Source of the DNA: a virus
Lineage: Duplodnaviria; Caudoviricetes
Reading direction: 5' to 3' (one strand)
Length of the DNA stretch: 44,098 nucleotides
IMG/VR virus record: IMGVR_UViG_3300043218_000060
Coordinates: 1-44,098 of that record
Shown: positions 1 to 9,629 of the stretch, piece by piece
Position numbering within the stretch: the first letter of the stretch is position 1
Layout: every line of letters begins with the position of its first letter
Made by a program: the position numbers and the translations under genes
Notes under the pieces: model-generated
What the model was told of the DNA's origin: nothing
Seen by the model: only the letters and a program-made list of their open reading frames with translations
Databases searched by the model: none

Positions 1-127
1 AGATCGCGTCCGCCTCGTGTTCCGCTTTACCGATAAGTATTTTACCGTTCTCTCTACGTGATAGTGGTGGTACCGGATTAAGTTTAAGCGCCGCGGCGAT
101 CATTTCGTGTTTATCTACCCCCGTCTT
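1..127 (+). repeat. Terminal direct repeat copy 1 (circular assembly overlap)
   Basis: Identical to 43972-44098; 127 nt is a common assembler k-mer length. Confidence 0.95.
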
Positions 128-469
128 TCTACCGGTCGCCGCCTCTTTCACATCGTATGCGCTTACATGGTGATATCTGAGGTTGAAAGCCCCCGCGATA
201 GCCTGAACCAGCCCTTCTGCCTTAAGCACCGACTTTACCCCATGATAGTTTCTTCCTTTCCCCTCTTGTACCTCCGCTACAATATCAGTAACCTCGTGCT
301 TCCTTATGAGATCCCTGAGCTGTTTTGATAACGACAAGGTTTTCTCTATATGATCCGCAAACTTATTTGATGGTATGAGGCATGACAACCCTAAGAGGTT
401 GCCTTCATCATCAAAGAGCGCCGCTCCGATATTTGATAGCGTTGGATCGAGTGCTAAGATTTTTTTCAT
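1..469 (-). CDS. RuvC-like Holliday junction resolvase, 5' part (continues 43971..43910; 176 aa total)
   Basis: Absent from the ORF track. Manual translation MKKILALDPTLSNIGAALF...IVAE...DVKEAATG...DKHEM...EHEADAIFVG has the RuvC acidic motifs; SD AAGGAG upstream. Confidence 0.85.
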   Translation of the reverse strand, partial: MKKILALDPTLSNIGAALFDDEGNLLGLSCLIPSNKFADHIEKTLSLSKQLRDLIRKHEVTDIVAEVQEGKGRNYHGVKSVLKAEGLVQAIAGAFNLRYHHVSAYDVKEAATGRKTGVDKHEMIAAALKLNPVPPLSRRENGKILIGKAEHEADAI

Positions 470-482
470 TTGGGTGTCTCCT

Positions 483-896
483 TTATTTTGCATTAACATC
501 TGATAGTCTGAACACAATTCCTAAACAATAGCGTTCTTCATCTTCCAGAATTTCAAAGGTTTCGTGTGGTATTTCGGTTTTATATGTCCAGCTATAATCG
601 GACTCTTCACACCACAAAGCATGAATTGGTATCGCATTGTTTTTTTCTTTCTCTGCATAAGGACACGTTTCGTTGTCACAAATATTTTTTACTAAGCCGC
701 TCGGAGTAAAGAAAATAGTGCCGCCATCATAACAACCTATCTCATCATCGACTGCACCTCTCAGCTCCATTAAATCATCGCTTGCGCCAAAGACTATAAC
801 AATGCCAGCTTCTTTTGCTTCGGCTATAATCTGACTATCTGGTTCTTCTCTGTATTGCATCCCTTTAAGTTTTTCTGCTATTGCTCTTGTTGTCAT
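483..896 (-). CDS. Hypothetical phage protein
   Basis: 137 aa ORF, SD AGGAGGGG, within early operon. Confidence 0.75.
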   Translation of the reverse strand: MTTRAIAEKLKGMQYREEPDSQIIAEAKEAGIVIVFGASDDLMELRGAVDDEIGCYDGGTIFFTPSGLVKNICDNETCPYAEKEKNNAIPIHALWCEESDYSWTYKTEIPHETFEILEDEERYCLGIVFRLSDVNAK

Positions 897-968
897 ATCT
901 TCTCCCCTCCTTTTTCATCCGGGGACGCCCCTATTGACGCCCCCATGTTAGATTTTTACATCTTAGCC

Positions 969-1484
969 TTATATCTCGTTAGGATCGGCTATTTCTGAAC
1001 CTTCGATAGGCGGCTCATCCGTTTCAGCTTGTGGTTTTTCGTCGCTACAAGTTTCTACCGGCTCAGCAAGGCCCGGATCGTCTGAGCCTGGCAATGCAGC
1101 GTCACCGTGATCTTCGGCTGCTTCTACCGGACTATCAGCCTGTTCTGCTTCTGCTGACCGTTTTGCTTCCGATGGGATACCCATAGCACCGCTTGACACT
1201 GCATCTAAGACAGCCACAACGGCGTTCATTTTAGCGTCTGGTACTTCATAGTGGATATTACCGTTAATTACAACTGAGTTTGACGACATACTTTCATCAC
1301 CTCCTTTCTGTTTGTTATTTAGTTTGAATAACTCCTCAAAGCCTACTTCTAATAGATCAAATGCAACGTCACCCTGTGTAGCTGGCGGATCGCTTTGATT
1401 TGCAAGAACCTTGATAGATTCGTGCATAGCTATCGTTATAGGAACCTTAATCCTTCTTACTCTCCCCTCTTTTTCTTTGCTCAA
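969..1484 (-). CDS. Putative ribbon-helix-helix DNA-binding protein fused to an acidic domain; internal start at 1289
   Basis: N-terminal RVRRIKVPIT-helix-helix pattern; strong internal SD AAAGGAGGTGA. Confidence 0.55.
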   Translation of the reverse strand: MSKEKEGRVRRIKVPITIAMHESIKVLANQSDPPATQGDVAFDLLEVGFEELFKLNNKQKGGDESMSSNSVVINGNIHYEVPDAKMNAVVAVLDAVSSGAMGIPSEAKRSAEAEQADSPVEAAEDHGDAALPGSDDPGLAEPVETCSDEKPQAETDEPPIEGSEIADPNEI

Positions 1485-2542
1485 TTTTTACCTCCTTTCT
1501 TTGATTTTTTGCGGCGTTGTTTGAGCAATTGCTTGTATCTTTTTAAAATGAAGCTCGCTGTTTTCTTAACTTCTGGTGCGGTCTCCTCTTCTGGGATATT
1601 TATCAGGTCGTTGATTGTCCCAAGCAATAACCTCTTCTCAGCCCCCAGCTTGGAGGCTTTGGCTTTCTCTTCTTCATAGCGTTTCTGAAACTCCTCGCTA
1701 TATCGTTTTTCGGTTTGGTACGCTGTTTTTAGAATATCAACCATTTCCTCATGTGTGTCAGGATTCCCGCAGTTTATAATTCCAGCTTTGTTATACGTTT
1801 GCTCTATTTGCTCAAGGATAAACTCAAGGCCGGTGTTGTCTTCTTTTAGGTTCTTTATCGCTTTAAGTAATTCTGAATGTGTCGGGGATATTCTGGGGGC
1901 GTTGCCAACACGGACAATAGCTTGTTTAAGCTCATTGTATAAGTTCTTGTATGAATTTGACTCTGCTTCTCGTTCATGTATTTGCGTGCTTAATTCTCTT
2001 ATCCTCTTAGTATCATCGTCAATGATCGTTTGTTTTTCTACAAGCTCATTTTTTGATTTTTTGTTTTCTTCTTTAAGGCTCATAATATGAGATCGTGCCA
2101 TATCGTAGTTTACTTTTAATTTATCATAGTTTTGCTCTGCTGCCAGCGTGTCGTTTTGCTTGCCAATTAGCTCCGCCTTTAGTTGCTCGTTTTCTTTTTG
2201 CTTGCTCTTGAGGTCAGTTTTCAACCGATACACCTCATTCGGCATCTCTCCGTATTTAATGGGATAAAGCATGTCTTTTGAGTCTGCCACCATAAAACCA
2301 TCGCTCACATCGAACTTAAATTTATCTGCTCCGTGGATTACAACAAGTATATCGCATAATATTGCTTTAAAATGCTCGATTTTGTCACCTTGCTCATGGA
2401 TAATATCGACCCTTCTATTGACACCCTTATTAATCTTTTTTATCTCTTCGTTGAGGTCCTCGATGATTTCTGTTAAAGAAACATTGGCCTCCCTTATGAG
2501 TTTCATTGCTTCAATATAATTTTCTTCTTTTTTCATCTTCAC
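1481..2542 (-). CDS. Coiled-coil protein
   Basis: 353 aa, heptad-rich E/K/L composition. Confidence 0.7.
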   Translation of the reverse strand: MKMKKEENYIEAMKLIREANVSLTEIIEDLNEEIKKINKGVNRRVDIIHEQGDKIEHFKAILCDILVVIHGADKFKFDVSDGFMVADSKDMLYPIKYGEMPNEVYRLKTDLKSKQKENEQLKAELIGKQNDTLAAEQNYDKLKVNYDMARSHIMSLKEENKKSKNELVEKQTIIDDDTKRIRELSTQIHEREAESNSYKNLYNELKQAIVRVGNAPRISPTHSELLKAIKNLKEDNTGLEFILEQIEQTYNKAGIINCGNPDTHEEMVDILKTAYQTEKRYSEEFQKRYEEEKAKASKLGAEKRLLLGTINDLINIPEEETAPEVKKTASFILKRYKQLLKQRRKKSKKGGKN

Positions 2543-2558
2543 CCCTACAATGTTTTAT

Positions 2559-3240
2559 TTATCTGCAATCAATACATTTATCTGATAGCGAGCTGATGAA
2601 CAGATCCCCGCATTTTTTACATTTTTTAGTATGTTTTCTTATAAGTCGTCTGCGATCGGCTTGTTTTTTGGGATCTGAGTTCAAATTCGTTTCCCTGAAG
2701 CCTGAGTTTTTAAAAAAGGTCTCTTTGCCTATCTCTATGTGGTCGGGTAAAAGATCGTACTCAACCCTTATATAACTAAACGAGCCATTCTCAACGTAAT
2801 TTAACCAGGAGCAATCCTCTATTTTGATGCCTTTGGTCAATAAGTTTTCAACTGTTATTATAGCCCAGTTCGTATGTGCTGCCCTTGATTTTTTCACTGA
2901 TATCTCCCTCTTAATCCCCGGTCTTAGCATCGGGTTGTGGTCCAAAAGATTATGTATAATATATTTTTTATCACTTTTCTTCTCTAAAAAACATGTTTCA
3001 TCATTTGTCACTATTGATATAAACTGCCCCTTTTCGCCCTGCCACTTAACCATGCTTTCAATAAACGATGCGGACTTATTTTATTATGCCGTCAGGATAA
3101 TTAAAATGCCGTTGCGTCCACAGCTCAATCAAAGAGGAAATTATATAGGCTCTCACTGAGGTACCATATAACATCTCTATGGCATTAATTTTCCCGTGAT
3201 TTGTAAATCCTACGTCAACTGGTATAAATCGTTTTTTCAT
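2559..3240 (-). pseudogene. Frameshifted replication-initiator/replisome-organiser-like gene (3240..3076 plus 3081..2559)
   Basis: 54-aa ORF MKKRFIPVDVGFTNHGKI...LIELW...YPDGIIK joins by a +1 shift to NKSASFIESMVKWQGEKGQF...FLE...YIIHNLLDHNP; C-terminal CxxC..CxxC. Confidence 0.6.
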
Positions 3241-3446
3241 ATTTTCGTATTTTCGATTCTATTTTCTTTTATAAAATCATTAAGGTCCTCTTCATATACT
3301 AGCCAGGGGCTGTTGTCCCCCCTTTCTTTATGTGCTTTTAACCTGCCGCTTGCGATCCATGTTCTCTTAACGGATTGAGTCTTTATCCCCAACCGCTTCG
3401 CCACCTCTTCAACGTTTAGCTCGCGACCTTTTTTTTCTTCTTCCAA
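3237..3446 (-). CDS. Excisionase/MerR-like HTH DNA-binding protein
   Basis: LNVEEVAKRLGIKTQSVKRTWIASGRLKA...WLV..EDL..F. Confidence 0.85.
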   Translation of the reverse strand: MEEEKKGRELNVEEVAKRLGIKTQSVKRTWIASGRLKAHKERGDNSPWLVYEEDLNDFIKENRIENTKI

Positions 3447-3457
3447 TTCAATCTCCT

Positions 3458-4213
3458 TTAAAATAGTCTTGGTTGACTTAACTCTACTTTGATGCGCTCT
3501 GCACCAACGGCACAGTTTTTCTTTTCTTTTTCTACGCAGATCCAGTTACGATTTGTTCTTATACATGCAACTGCCGTTGTAAATGAACCGGCACAGTTAT
3601 CTAAAACAGTATCGCCTTCATTGGTATATGTTCTTATAAAATATTCAAATAGCGCTACCGGTTTTTGGGTAGTGTGTACATAATCCTTTTGTAAAACTTT
3701 ATTTATAAACTGCACGCTGCGCGGGTATCGTTCTGTGCTGTCATAGTCCTTATTATTATTGCATTTTCCGTAAATTTCAGTGGGCTTACATTTGTTTTTA
3801 TGTCTTGCTAATGCCGTTTTTCTTTTATGATCGGTGGTCTTCTGCGGATTGTAAACTGTCTGCTTCTTTGAAAATATCAAAACATTTTCATGTACTTTAA
3901 TTGGCCTCTTTTTTGCCGTAGGGTACCCTGTACCGAGGTTTTTCTCCCATATCCATTCGTATCTAAACATCTCGAGATTACTCATTATAAGCTTACTGGT
4001 GAAAGGTTGACTAGCCGTCAATACGATTGCACCGTTATCTTTTATGATACGCTTATATTGCTTCCATAGAGGCTCGAAAGGTATAATTGTATCCCATGAA
4101 CAGGCGGTTGTGCCATAGGGCAGATCACAAAGGATCATGTCAATAGACTTATCGTCAATATCAGGCATTACATTAAAACAATCCTCGTTATATATCTTGT
4201 TTAATTCAATCAT
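3458..4213 (-). CDS. Orphan N6-adenine/N4-cytosine DNA methyltransferase (beta class)
   Basis: DLPY catalytic motif near N-terminus, HTTQKPVAL, VLDNCAGSFTT SAM-binding motif. Confidence 0.92.
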   Translation of the reverse strand: MIELNKIYNEDCFNVMPDIDDKSIDMILCDLPYGTTACSWDTIIPFEPLWKQYKRIIKDNGAIVLTASQPFTSKLIMSNLEMFRYEWIWEKNLGTGYPTAKKRPIKVHENVLIFSKKQTVYNPQKTTDHKRKTALARHKNKCKPTEIYGKCNNNKDYDSTERYPRSVQFINKVLQKDYVHTTQKPVALFEYFIRTYTNEGDTVLDNCAGSFTTAVACIRTNRNWICVEKEKKNCAVGAERIKVELSQPRLF

Positions 4214-4331
4214 ATTTCACCATTAAATGATTAATCCAGTTATAGCCTCGTCTTATTTCTTTAATTTTCCAACCGTCGTTTATGAGCCGATTGACTTCGT
4301 CTTTGTCTTGTATCCATTTTGCTGTGAGCAA
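4206..4331 (-). CDS. Small hypothetical protein (41 aa)
   Basis: TTG start with SD AAGGAG; end overlaps the MTase start; below ORF-track cutoff. Confidence 0.55.
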   Translation of the reverse strand: MLTAKWIQDKDEVNRLINDGWKIKEIRRGYNWINHLMVKYD

Positions 4332-4413
4332 CCCTCTCTCCTTTTACAAATTCGCACTTAAATTATTCCAAAACTATTGTGAAATACTCAAACAATGTAA
4401 CTATTTCATCATG

Positions 4414-4998
4414 CTATGCCCACCCTTTAAAATGATTGTCTGGTTTATCCGGCTCATTATCATCAACCGGATCACCGTCACCGTTAAATGCGGCTGGTGG
4501 GTTGTTGTCGTCTTTGAATTTGACTACACTTTTACCAAACAGCATCGCTTGTGTTGGAATCTCTGAGTCTTTAGCGGAATCCTTTACACATTTATTTGCT
4601 ATCTCTAGACCTTTTTCTAATATCTCCTGCAACTTTTCTACTGAAAAGCTTTTTAAAAGCTCATCATCGTCTTTTATATCAAGTTCCATACAAGGAAATT
4701 CAATGCAGGTTTTACACGGTCTTTCTCTTAGGTTATCCTCAACCCGCATATCCTTTTCTTTGTCACAACGTTCCATATATTCTTTATAACCTATCTGGAG
4801 CAACCTATTGTGTAATAACTCTGATATTGTTTGTCTGTTTTTACAACGCACCGGACAGATCAGCGTGTTAAAATCGTCCTTATCCTCCCCCTTATCCTTA
4901 CTCGCCATCAGCAGGCCACGTAACCAGAACCCGCCACAGCCTACACCTATTAAAACAATTACAAATACCGCTATCGATTCTGCGTTTACTACGATCAT
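4414..4998 (-). CDS. Membrane-anchored hypothetical protein
   Basis: N-terminal hydrophobic helix IAVFVIVLIGVGCGGFWL; Cys pairs. Confidence 0.65.
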   Translation of the reverse strand: MIVVNAESIAVFVIVLIGVGCGGFWLRGLLMASKDKGEDKDDFNTLICPVRCKNRQTISELLHNRLLQIGYKEYMERCDKEKDMRVEDNLRERPCKTCIEFPCMELDIKDDDELLKSFSVEKLQEILEKGLEIANKCVKDSAKDSEIPTQAMLFGKSVVKFKDDNNPPAAFNGDGDPVDDNEPDKPDNHFKGWA

Positions 4999-4999
4999 T

Positions 5000-5233
5000 T
5001 TAAGCCTCCTTGTTTATTTTTTCTATACTGCTGTACAGGCTTGCCTTTGATGGCATGAGATTGCCCATACTGAACTCTAGTTCCGTAACTTCATCAACGA
5101 CTTTATCTATTTGATTCAGCCTTATCATGTACCGGCTATGCGTCTCAGTGTCGAACGCGTTGACTACCCTTCCGATCCAGGTGCCGGTACGCTCATGTTC
5201 AGCGCTGATTATGTCGCCTCTTTTGAATTGCAT
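5000..5233 (-). CDS. Hypothetical protein
   Basis: 77 aa ORF with SD GAGAGGA. Confidence 0.65.
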   Translation of the reverse strand: MQFKRGDIISAEHERTGTWIGRVVNAFDTETHSRYMIRLNQIDKVVDEVTELEFSMGNLMPSKASLYSSIEKINKEA

Positions 5234-5251
5234 TTAAGTCCTCTCTTTAGC

Positions 5252-5351
5252 CCAGCCCAGCCCCGTCACCATGACAGGGCTTAAGGTTTGGGCTGGTAGT
5301 TGATTGCCCATGCGTACCGGATCTGGGCGGTATTTATAAGGGCAATCAACT
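5252..5351 (-). promoter_or_regulatory. Tandem long hairpins in intergenic leader
   Basis: Perfect 12-bp inverted repeat 5298-5309/5340-5351 plus nested stem 5252-5296. Confidence 0.6.
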
Positions 5352-5861
5352 TATTAGTTTTTTTAAAGTCTTATCTGACAAAAAATCGCTGGCAATTCTT
5401 TTTATCGCTTCTTGGTTTATATCTTCTTTTATTTCATAAATAAGTGTTTTAGATAATGTGCTTATGAAGTTTTCTATTTGTTTTTGCCCCTGATATTCTA
5501 TAAGATATTCATAGCGTGGCTTTCCTCCCCAAGTCACAGCGTTTCCTCTTTTATCAACATGACCGGTCATAAAAGCATCAAGCTTTGATTTTATTACAGA
5601 TAAAATGCTTTTCTCTTCTCTTATCAAGTCACCGTATTTATCATAAACTTTAAAAGGTTTTATTATAAAAGAATCATAGGTTTCTATAACCTTTTTTTGA
5701 ACCTCCACGGCTATCTGTTCGCTTATTTTTTTAGAGAAGCCTGCTACTACTTGGTCGGTAACTGTTTGAATCAACTTATGTTTTATTTCTTCTGAAACAG
5801 TCTCATTTATGGTTGAATCCTCGTTGATCCAATCAATCTCTATTTCTACTTTAAATTTCAC
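5346..5861 (-). CDS. Hypothetical phage protein
   Basis: 171 aa, GTG start, SD AGGAGGAG. Confidence 0.75.
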   Translation of the reverse strand: MKFKVEIEIDWINEDSTINETVSEEIKHKLIQTVTDQVVAGFSKKISEQIAVEVQKKVIETYDSFIIKPFKVYDKYGDLIREEKSILSVIKSKLDAFMTGHVDKRGNAVTWGGKPRYEYLIEYQGQKQIENFISTLSKTLIYEIKEDINQEAIKRIASDFLSDKTLKKLIS

Positions 5862-5873
5862 GTTACTCCTCCT

Positions 5874-6827
5874 TTAGTTAAGTTGTTTTATCGGCTCTTG
5901 TTTCGGGCCGAACCTGACTATCTTTTTAGTTACAACCTCTGCTGTCTTACAATCTTCTCGGGCTTTATCCCATGCCGCCTTTGCTATCGCATACTCTTTT
6001 GGATCGTACACCTTTGTCGTGTGGTTTTGAAGCCGTACTCCGCCCGTCTCGCTATTCCCTAGTCGCGTTTCTCCTTTCTCTTCCATATACCGCTTGAGTT
6101 CGCTGTTAAGATACTTTTTATAATCTTCTATCCTTTTGATCTTATAATAAATTACAGCCGCAAAATCAGCCTTCTCCTGATCGGTAATCGTTAATGGCGG
6201 GAACACTGCGTCCACCGGTTCAAAGACTTCATAATCTATCAGCAGCTTCTTCCACTTGATAAGCCCCTCATACTTCTCAAAGCCGCCTGCGTCAATGGCT
6301 TCATGGTTGTCTATTACAAAACTTGCAAACTCCTTTAATGGCGCTAAAGCCCGCCCGGGTATCTGATAAATGAACAGGCTGTAATCGTTTGGGAAGTGGA
6401 AGGCGTAGAACCTGTCGATGGATACCGATACTTCGTTTTGCAATATGCCGTATAGTATTAATTGCAGCGCCGTCTCTGGTCTTAGCGTATCGGTGAATTT
6501 ATAATCAATGAGCGTTCTCCTTAAATAAAAATCAGGCTTGCCGGTAAACTGTAAACCGTTTAGCTGCTTTTCAAAAGTTGGTTCGCCCTGCAATTCATCT
6601 TCTGTGAATATCTTCTTTAACCCTTCGTCGAACATATACGATAGCAGGTTATTGTTTGGTTTCCCGTAATTATCCTCAAGGATTTTATGTTTTCTGATGC
6701 CTTCCGCCGCCTTCGCCTCAAGGATATCTCTCGGGATCTTATTAAACTCCTCTTCCGTCAAGAAGTGCTTGAGATTGCTGACTCGCGGTAACTTTTCGTT
6801 GCGTTCAGTCAATGAGAGACTCCTCAA
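5874..6827 (-). CDS. PD-(D/E)XK nuclease, likely exonuclease partner of RecT
   Basis: EG...H, FTGKPD...LIDYK, LQLILY motifs; next to recT. Confidence 0.8.
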   Translation of the reverse strand: MRSLSLTERNEKLPRVSNLKHFLTEEEFNKIPRDILEAKAAEGIRKHKILEDNYGKPNNNLLSYMFDEGLKKIFTEDELQGEPTFEKQLNGLQFTGKPDFYLRRTLIDYKFTDTLRPETALQLILYGILQNEVSVSIDRFYAFHFPNDYSLFIYQIPGRALAPLKEFASFVIDNHEAIDAGGFEKYEGLIKWKKLLIDYEVFEPVDAVFPPLTITDQEKADFAAVIYYKIKRIEDYKKYLNSELKRYMEEKGETRLGNSETGGVRLQNHTTKVYDPKEYAIAKAAWDKAREDCKTAEVVTKKIVRFGPKQEPIKQLN

Positions 6828-7044
6828 TGTTTATTTTGAATATATGAAATAAGAGCAATTCCTTAAGTTCGTTATATTTTGCGTTACCGTTTAAAGCCTC
6901 TCTTGCCTTTTGTTCTGAAACAAAGAAGGTGGCGTCTCTTAAATTGCCTACAATAACGGCATAGAGACCAGCCTGCGAGTCCTTAAACCATAACCACTTG
7001 CTGCAATCTCCTCCTATTATCTTTATCGCATAAGCCTCTATCAT
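6805..7044 (-). CDS. Hypothetical protein (probable paralog of 11229..11438)
   Basis: Shared Y.IK / L.(D/E)ATFF / I.K.NI.E pattern. Confidence 0.6.
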   Translation of the reverse strand: MIEAYAIKIIGGDCSKWLWFKDSQAGLYAVIVGNLRDATFFVSEQKAREALNGNAKYNELKELLLFHIFKINIEESLID

Positions 7045-8024
7045 AACAAATCACCTTGCCCTTCTTGCGCGGCTGCTTTCTCATCTAACAGCCGGTTTGT
7101 CTCTGCTCTTAACCAGCCTTCAAATATGGCAGCCTCATCTATAGTCAACGGCTCGAGAGATTTCCTTTTAAGGACTTCTTTAATCCCTCTTTTAATTAAG
7201 TCTCTATCGTAGCCTTCTTCTATCATGCGCTCACAAAAGCCCGTTACTTCTGACTGATCTAACACCGTTTTCTCTTCAGGCTTTATGTCTATGATGTCGT
7301 TCTTTTCGCTTTCTTCAAATGATTCTTTCATCTCAGGCGACTTTGGGAGTACCTTGAATATTTGTTTGATGCAGGTCTTTTTCCACATGTTAAGCTCGGG
7401 ATCGTTTTCCGGTTGCCATGGTGAGTTTTTTGACTTGTACTTGACATCGCTTCTATAGCTTTGCGACTTTCCCCGGAACTCGAATATCTTGTCTTTGTTC
7501 ATTATCTTAATCTTTTTTACATCATTCTCAAGGGTGGCAACTATATACGCACCTATCGGCTCGCCTCTGTCTGTGAAAAAGTCCGGCACATGTATGAGCT
7601 TTTGGTTTAATCCAAACTCATATTCAAACCTGTCTTTCTCGTAGACTATCTCAGCGTTTATCGTGATTCCATTGCGATATGCAAGCGTCACCATGCCTTG
7701 ATAGCCAAGTTGGAATTGCGCCTCAAGCTCGCCCTTTTTGTTTTTATATGGAATGACATAACATTCGCCGGTGGCTACAGATGGATAAAGCCCCCATTCC
7801 GCACAGTTTAAAAACACATTAATCAAGCTGTCCTTTGTACACTTTAAAATCTTTGGGTTCCTTGCACAACATGATCTTATTGAACTGATAAACCTCATGT
7901 AAGCTTGGGGGTTATTGCCTAAAAAGTTTTTTAATGCCTTTTGCACATTTCCTTCTGAGAACATTTTTACTGCTACGTTCTTCTCTTCTACTACCGCTAC
8001 TTCTTTGCTCTCTTCCATAATCAA
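7041..8024 (-). CDS. recT: RecT-family single-strand annealing recombinase
   Basis: GL.P...GECYVIPY, AQFQLGYQGMVTLAYR, VYEKD.F, MWKKT..KQ..K.LPKS. Confidence 0.93.
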   Translation of the reverse strand: MIMEESKEVAVVEEKNVAVKMFSEGNVQKALKNFLGNNPQAYMRFISSIRSCCARNPKILKCTKDSLINVFLNCAEWGLYPSVATGECYVIPYKNKKGELEAQFQLGYQGMVTLAYRNGITINAEIVYEKDRFEYEFGLNQKLIHVPDFFTDRGEPIGAYIVATLENDVKKIKIMNKDKIFEFRGKSQSYRSDVKYKSKNSPWQPENDPELNMWKKTCIKQIFKVLPKSPEMKESFEESEKNDIIDIKPEEKTVLDQSEVTGFCERMIEEGYDRDLIKRGIKEVLKRKSLEPLTIDEAAIFEGWLRAETNRLLDEKAAAQEGQGDLL

Positions 8025-8029
8025 TCTCC

Positions 8030-9316
8030 TTATAATAGTTTTGGTTTTACTGGTTTGTTCTCTTCTTCTTCATCAACAACGCTACATTCCCTTAACAGGA
8101 TCGTATTTTTATCCTTTTTCTTATCGCCGACCTCAAGGGTTATCACCTGGAACCCTTTATTGATAAGCCCGTCAACGATCTTTTTCTGGTTCGGAGCGTC
8201 AAGGCTTTGGAACTCGTCAATTATCCTAACCTTTAGCTCGGGATCCAAAGACGCGTAAAGACCGGCAACGATAACCTCCTGCTCTCCCTTTGAGAACTCG
8301 GTTAGCCTGCGCCCGTTTAATAAAAGCCCGCCGTCCTCGTCTACCGATAGGCCGTCACTTTTGAAGTCAAACGCCTTTATATAATTAGTGCGCTTATCGT
8401 TCACCTTGTCTTGTTCGGCTTTGTTCTTTAAAAGCTGATCCACCTTGATCTTCAAAGCCCCTGCCTTTTCTGCGTTTGCCAAGTATTCATTTGCTTTTAG
8501 ATTGGTATCGTCAGCCTCATCTATCTGATTATTGATGGAGTTCAGCTCTATAGATTGCTGCCCTACTGCCACAGGCAAATCGCCCAAAGTGTCTTGTAAA
8601 AAACTTAAATCATCCTCTTCTCTCTTCAGCGATTCTTTTATTGCTTTGATCCTGCTTTTTTGATCTTCGACCGCTCTTTTATATTTGTCTATCTCTGCCC
8701 TTCTTGCCTCTTGTTGTTGGTTATGCGCTTTTATCCTGTCGCGCCCTTTATAAAGGGCGTTTAGGTCAACTGGATCAACCTTCTCGACAACCGGTATCGT
8801 ACCGAACGCTTTGATGTCTCGGTTGATTAAGGTAAACTCGGATTTAAGCTCTTTAATCTCTTCATCATACTTACTGGTATCTATACCAAGCAAAAGAGCC
8901 TGCTCTTTCGGTGTGCGTTCGATGAAGTTCTTAGCGCTCAGGAAGGCTACGTTAAAAAAGTCATTGAGCCATTGCCTGTCAAGTGTGCTTCCGTCTGATG
9001 CTTTAAACTCGATGCCATTGCTCGCTTTTGTCACTTTGTTGGTTATAATGACATCAAAGCCGCCTTTCTCATCTTTCAATGTTACCTTTAAATCAGCCGT
9101 TTTCCCGTGCGGACCTATGAACCTGAACCGTTCGCCGACCAGCTCACCCTTGCTACTCTTTTGGCTTACGCCCTTGATACACCCCCGGATAACATCAATA
9201 AGCGAGGTCTTGCCCGATCCGTTAAGCCCGATTATGCTCGTGTGTCCGTCATTAAACTCAACGTTGATCTTTTCAATCCCCTTAAAGTTTGTTGCCTCAA
9301 TTCCCTTAATTTTCAT
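8030..9316 (-). CDS. SMC/Rad50-like ABC ATPase
   Basis: NFKGI, Walker A GLNGSGKTS, coiled coil, signature FSKGE, Walker B IIDE and LD D-loop. Confidence 0.88.
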   Translation of the reverse strand: MKIKGIEATNFKGIEKINVEFNDGHTSIIGLNGSGKTSLIDVIRGCIKGVSQKSSKGELVGERFRFIGPHGKTADLKVTLKDEKGGFDVIITNKVTKASNGIEFKASDGSTLDRQWLNDFFNVAFLSAKNFIERTPKEQALLLGIDTSKYDEEIKELKSEFTLINRDIKAFGTIPVVEKVDPVDLNALYKGRDRIKAHNQQQEARRAEIDKYKRAVEDQKSRIKAIKESLKREEDDLSFLQDTLGDLPVAVGQQSIELNSINNQIDEADDTNLKANEYLANAEKAGALKIKVDQLLKNKAEQDKVNDKRTNYIKAFDFKSDGLSVDEDGGLLLNGRRLTEFSKGEQEVIVAGLYASLDPELKVRIIDEFQSLDAPNQKKIVDGLINKGFQVITLEVGDKKKDKNTILLRECSVVDEEEENKPVKPKLL

Positions 9317-9629
9317 CAGTTACTCTCCTTTTCTTTGATTTTATCCCTAGCTCGTTCAACTTCTCTAAGGTACGTTTATACATATACTCATAGTTTTCTG
9401 CCTTATGCCAAAAGTCGTCAAATTTCAGCTTATAATTATCTTGTGCGATCTGGTAACATAGATAATCTTTATGCAGCCTGACGAGCAGTTTACAAACCTT
9501 GCTATCATCGCCGATCTCGTTATCTGAATATATGCGCTCCATAAACTCTTTGGCTTTTAGGATATGTTCTGCCGTCACCTTTTCTTTGAGCAACGGATCG
9601 TTTATTTTTACTACTAATGTGGCGTCCAT
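9306..9629 (-). CDS. Hypothetical protein
   Basis: 107 aa, SD GAGGAGG. Confidence 0.65.
   Translation of the reverse strand: MDATLVVKINDPLLKEKVTAEHILKAKEFMERIYSDNEIGDDSKVCKLLVRLHKDYLCYQIAQDNYKLKFDDFWHKAENYEYMYKRTLEKLNELGIKSKKRRVTDEN

Noticed and set aside
1-127. Biological direct terminal repeat
   Set aside because: Length equals a common assembler k-mer and the repeat falls mid-gene
921-962. Antisense promoter TTGACG at 934
   Set aside because: No acceptable -10 at 16-18 bp; the sequence is better explained as a small hairpin
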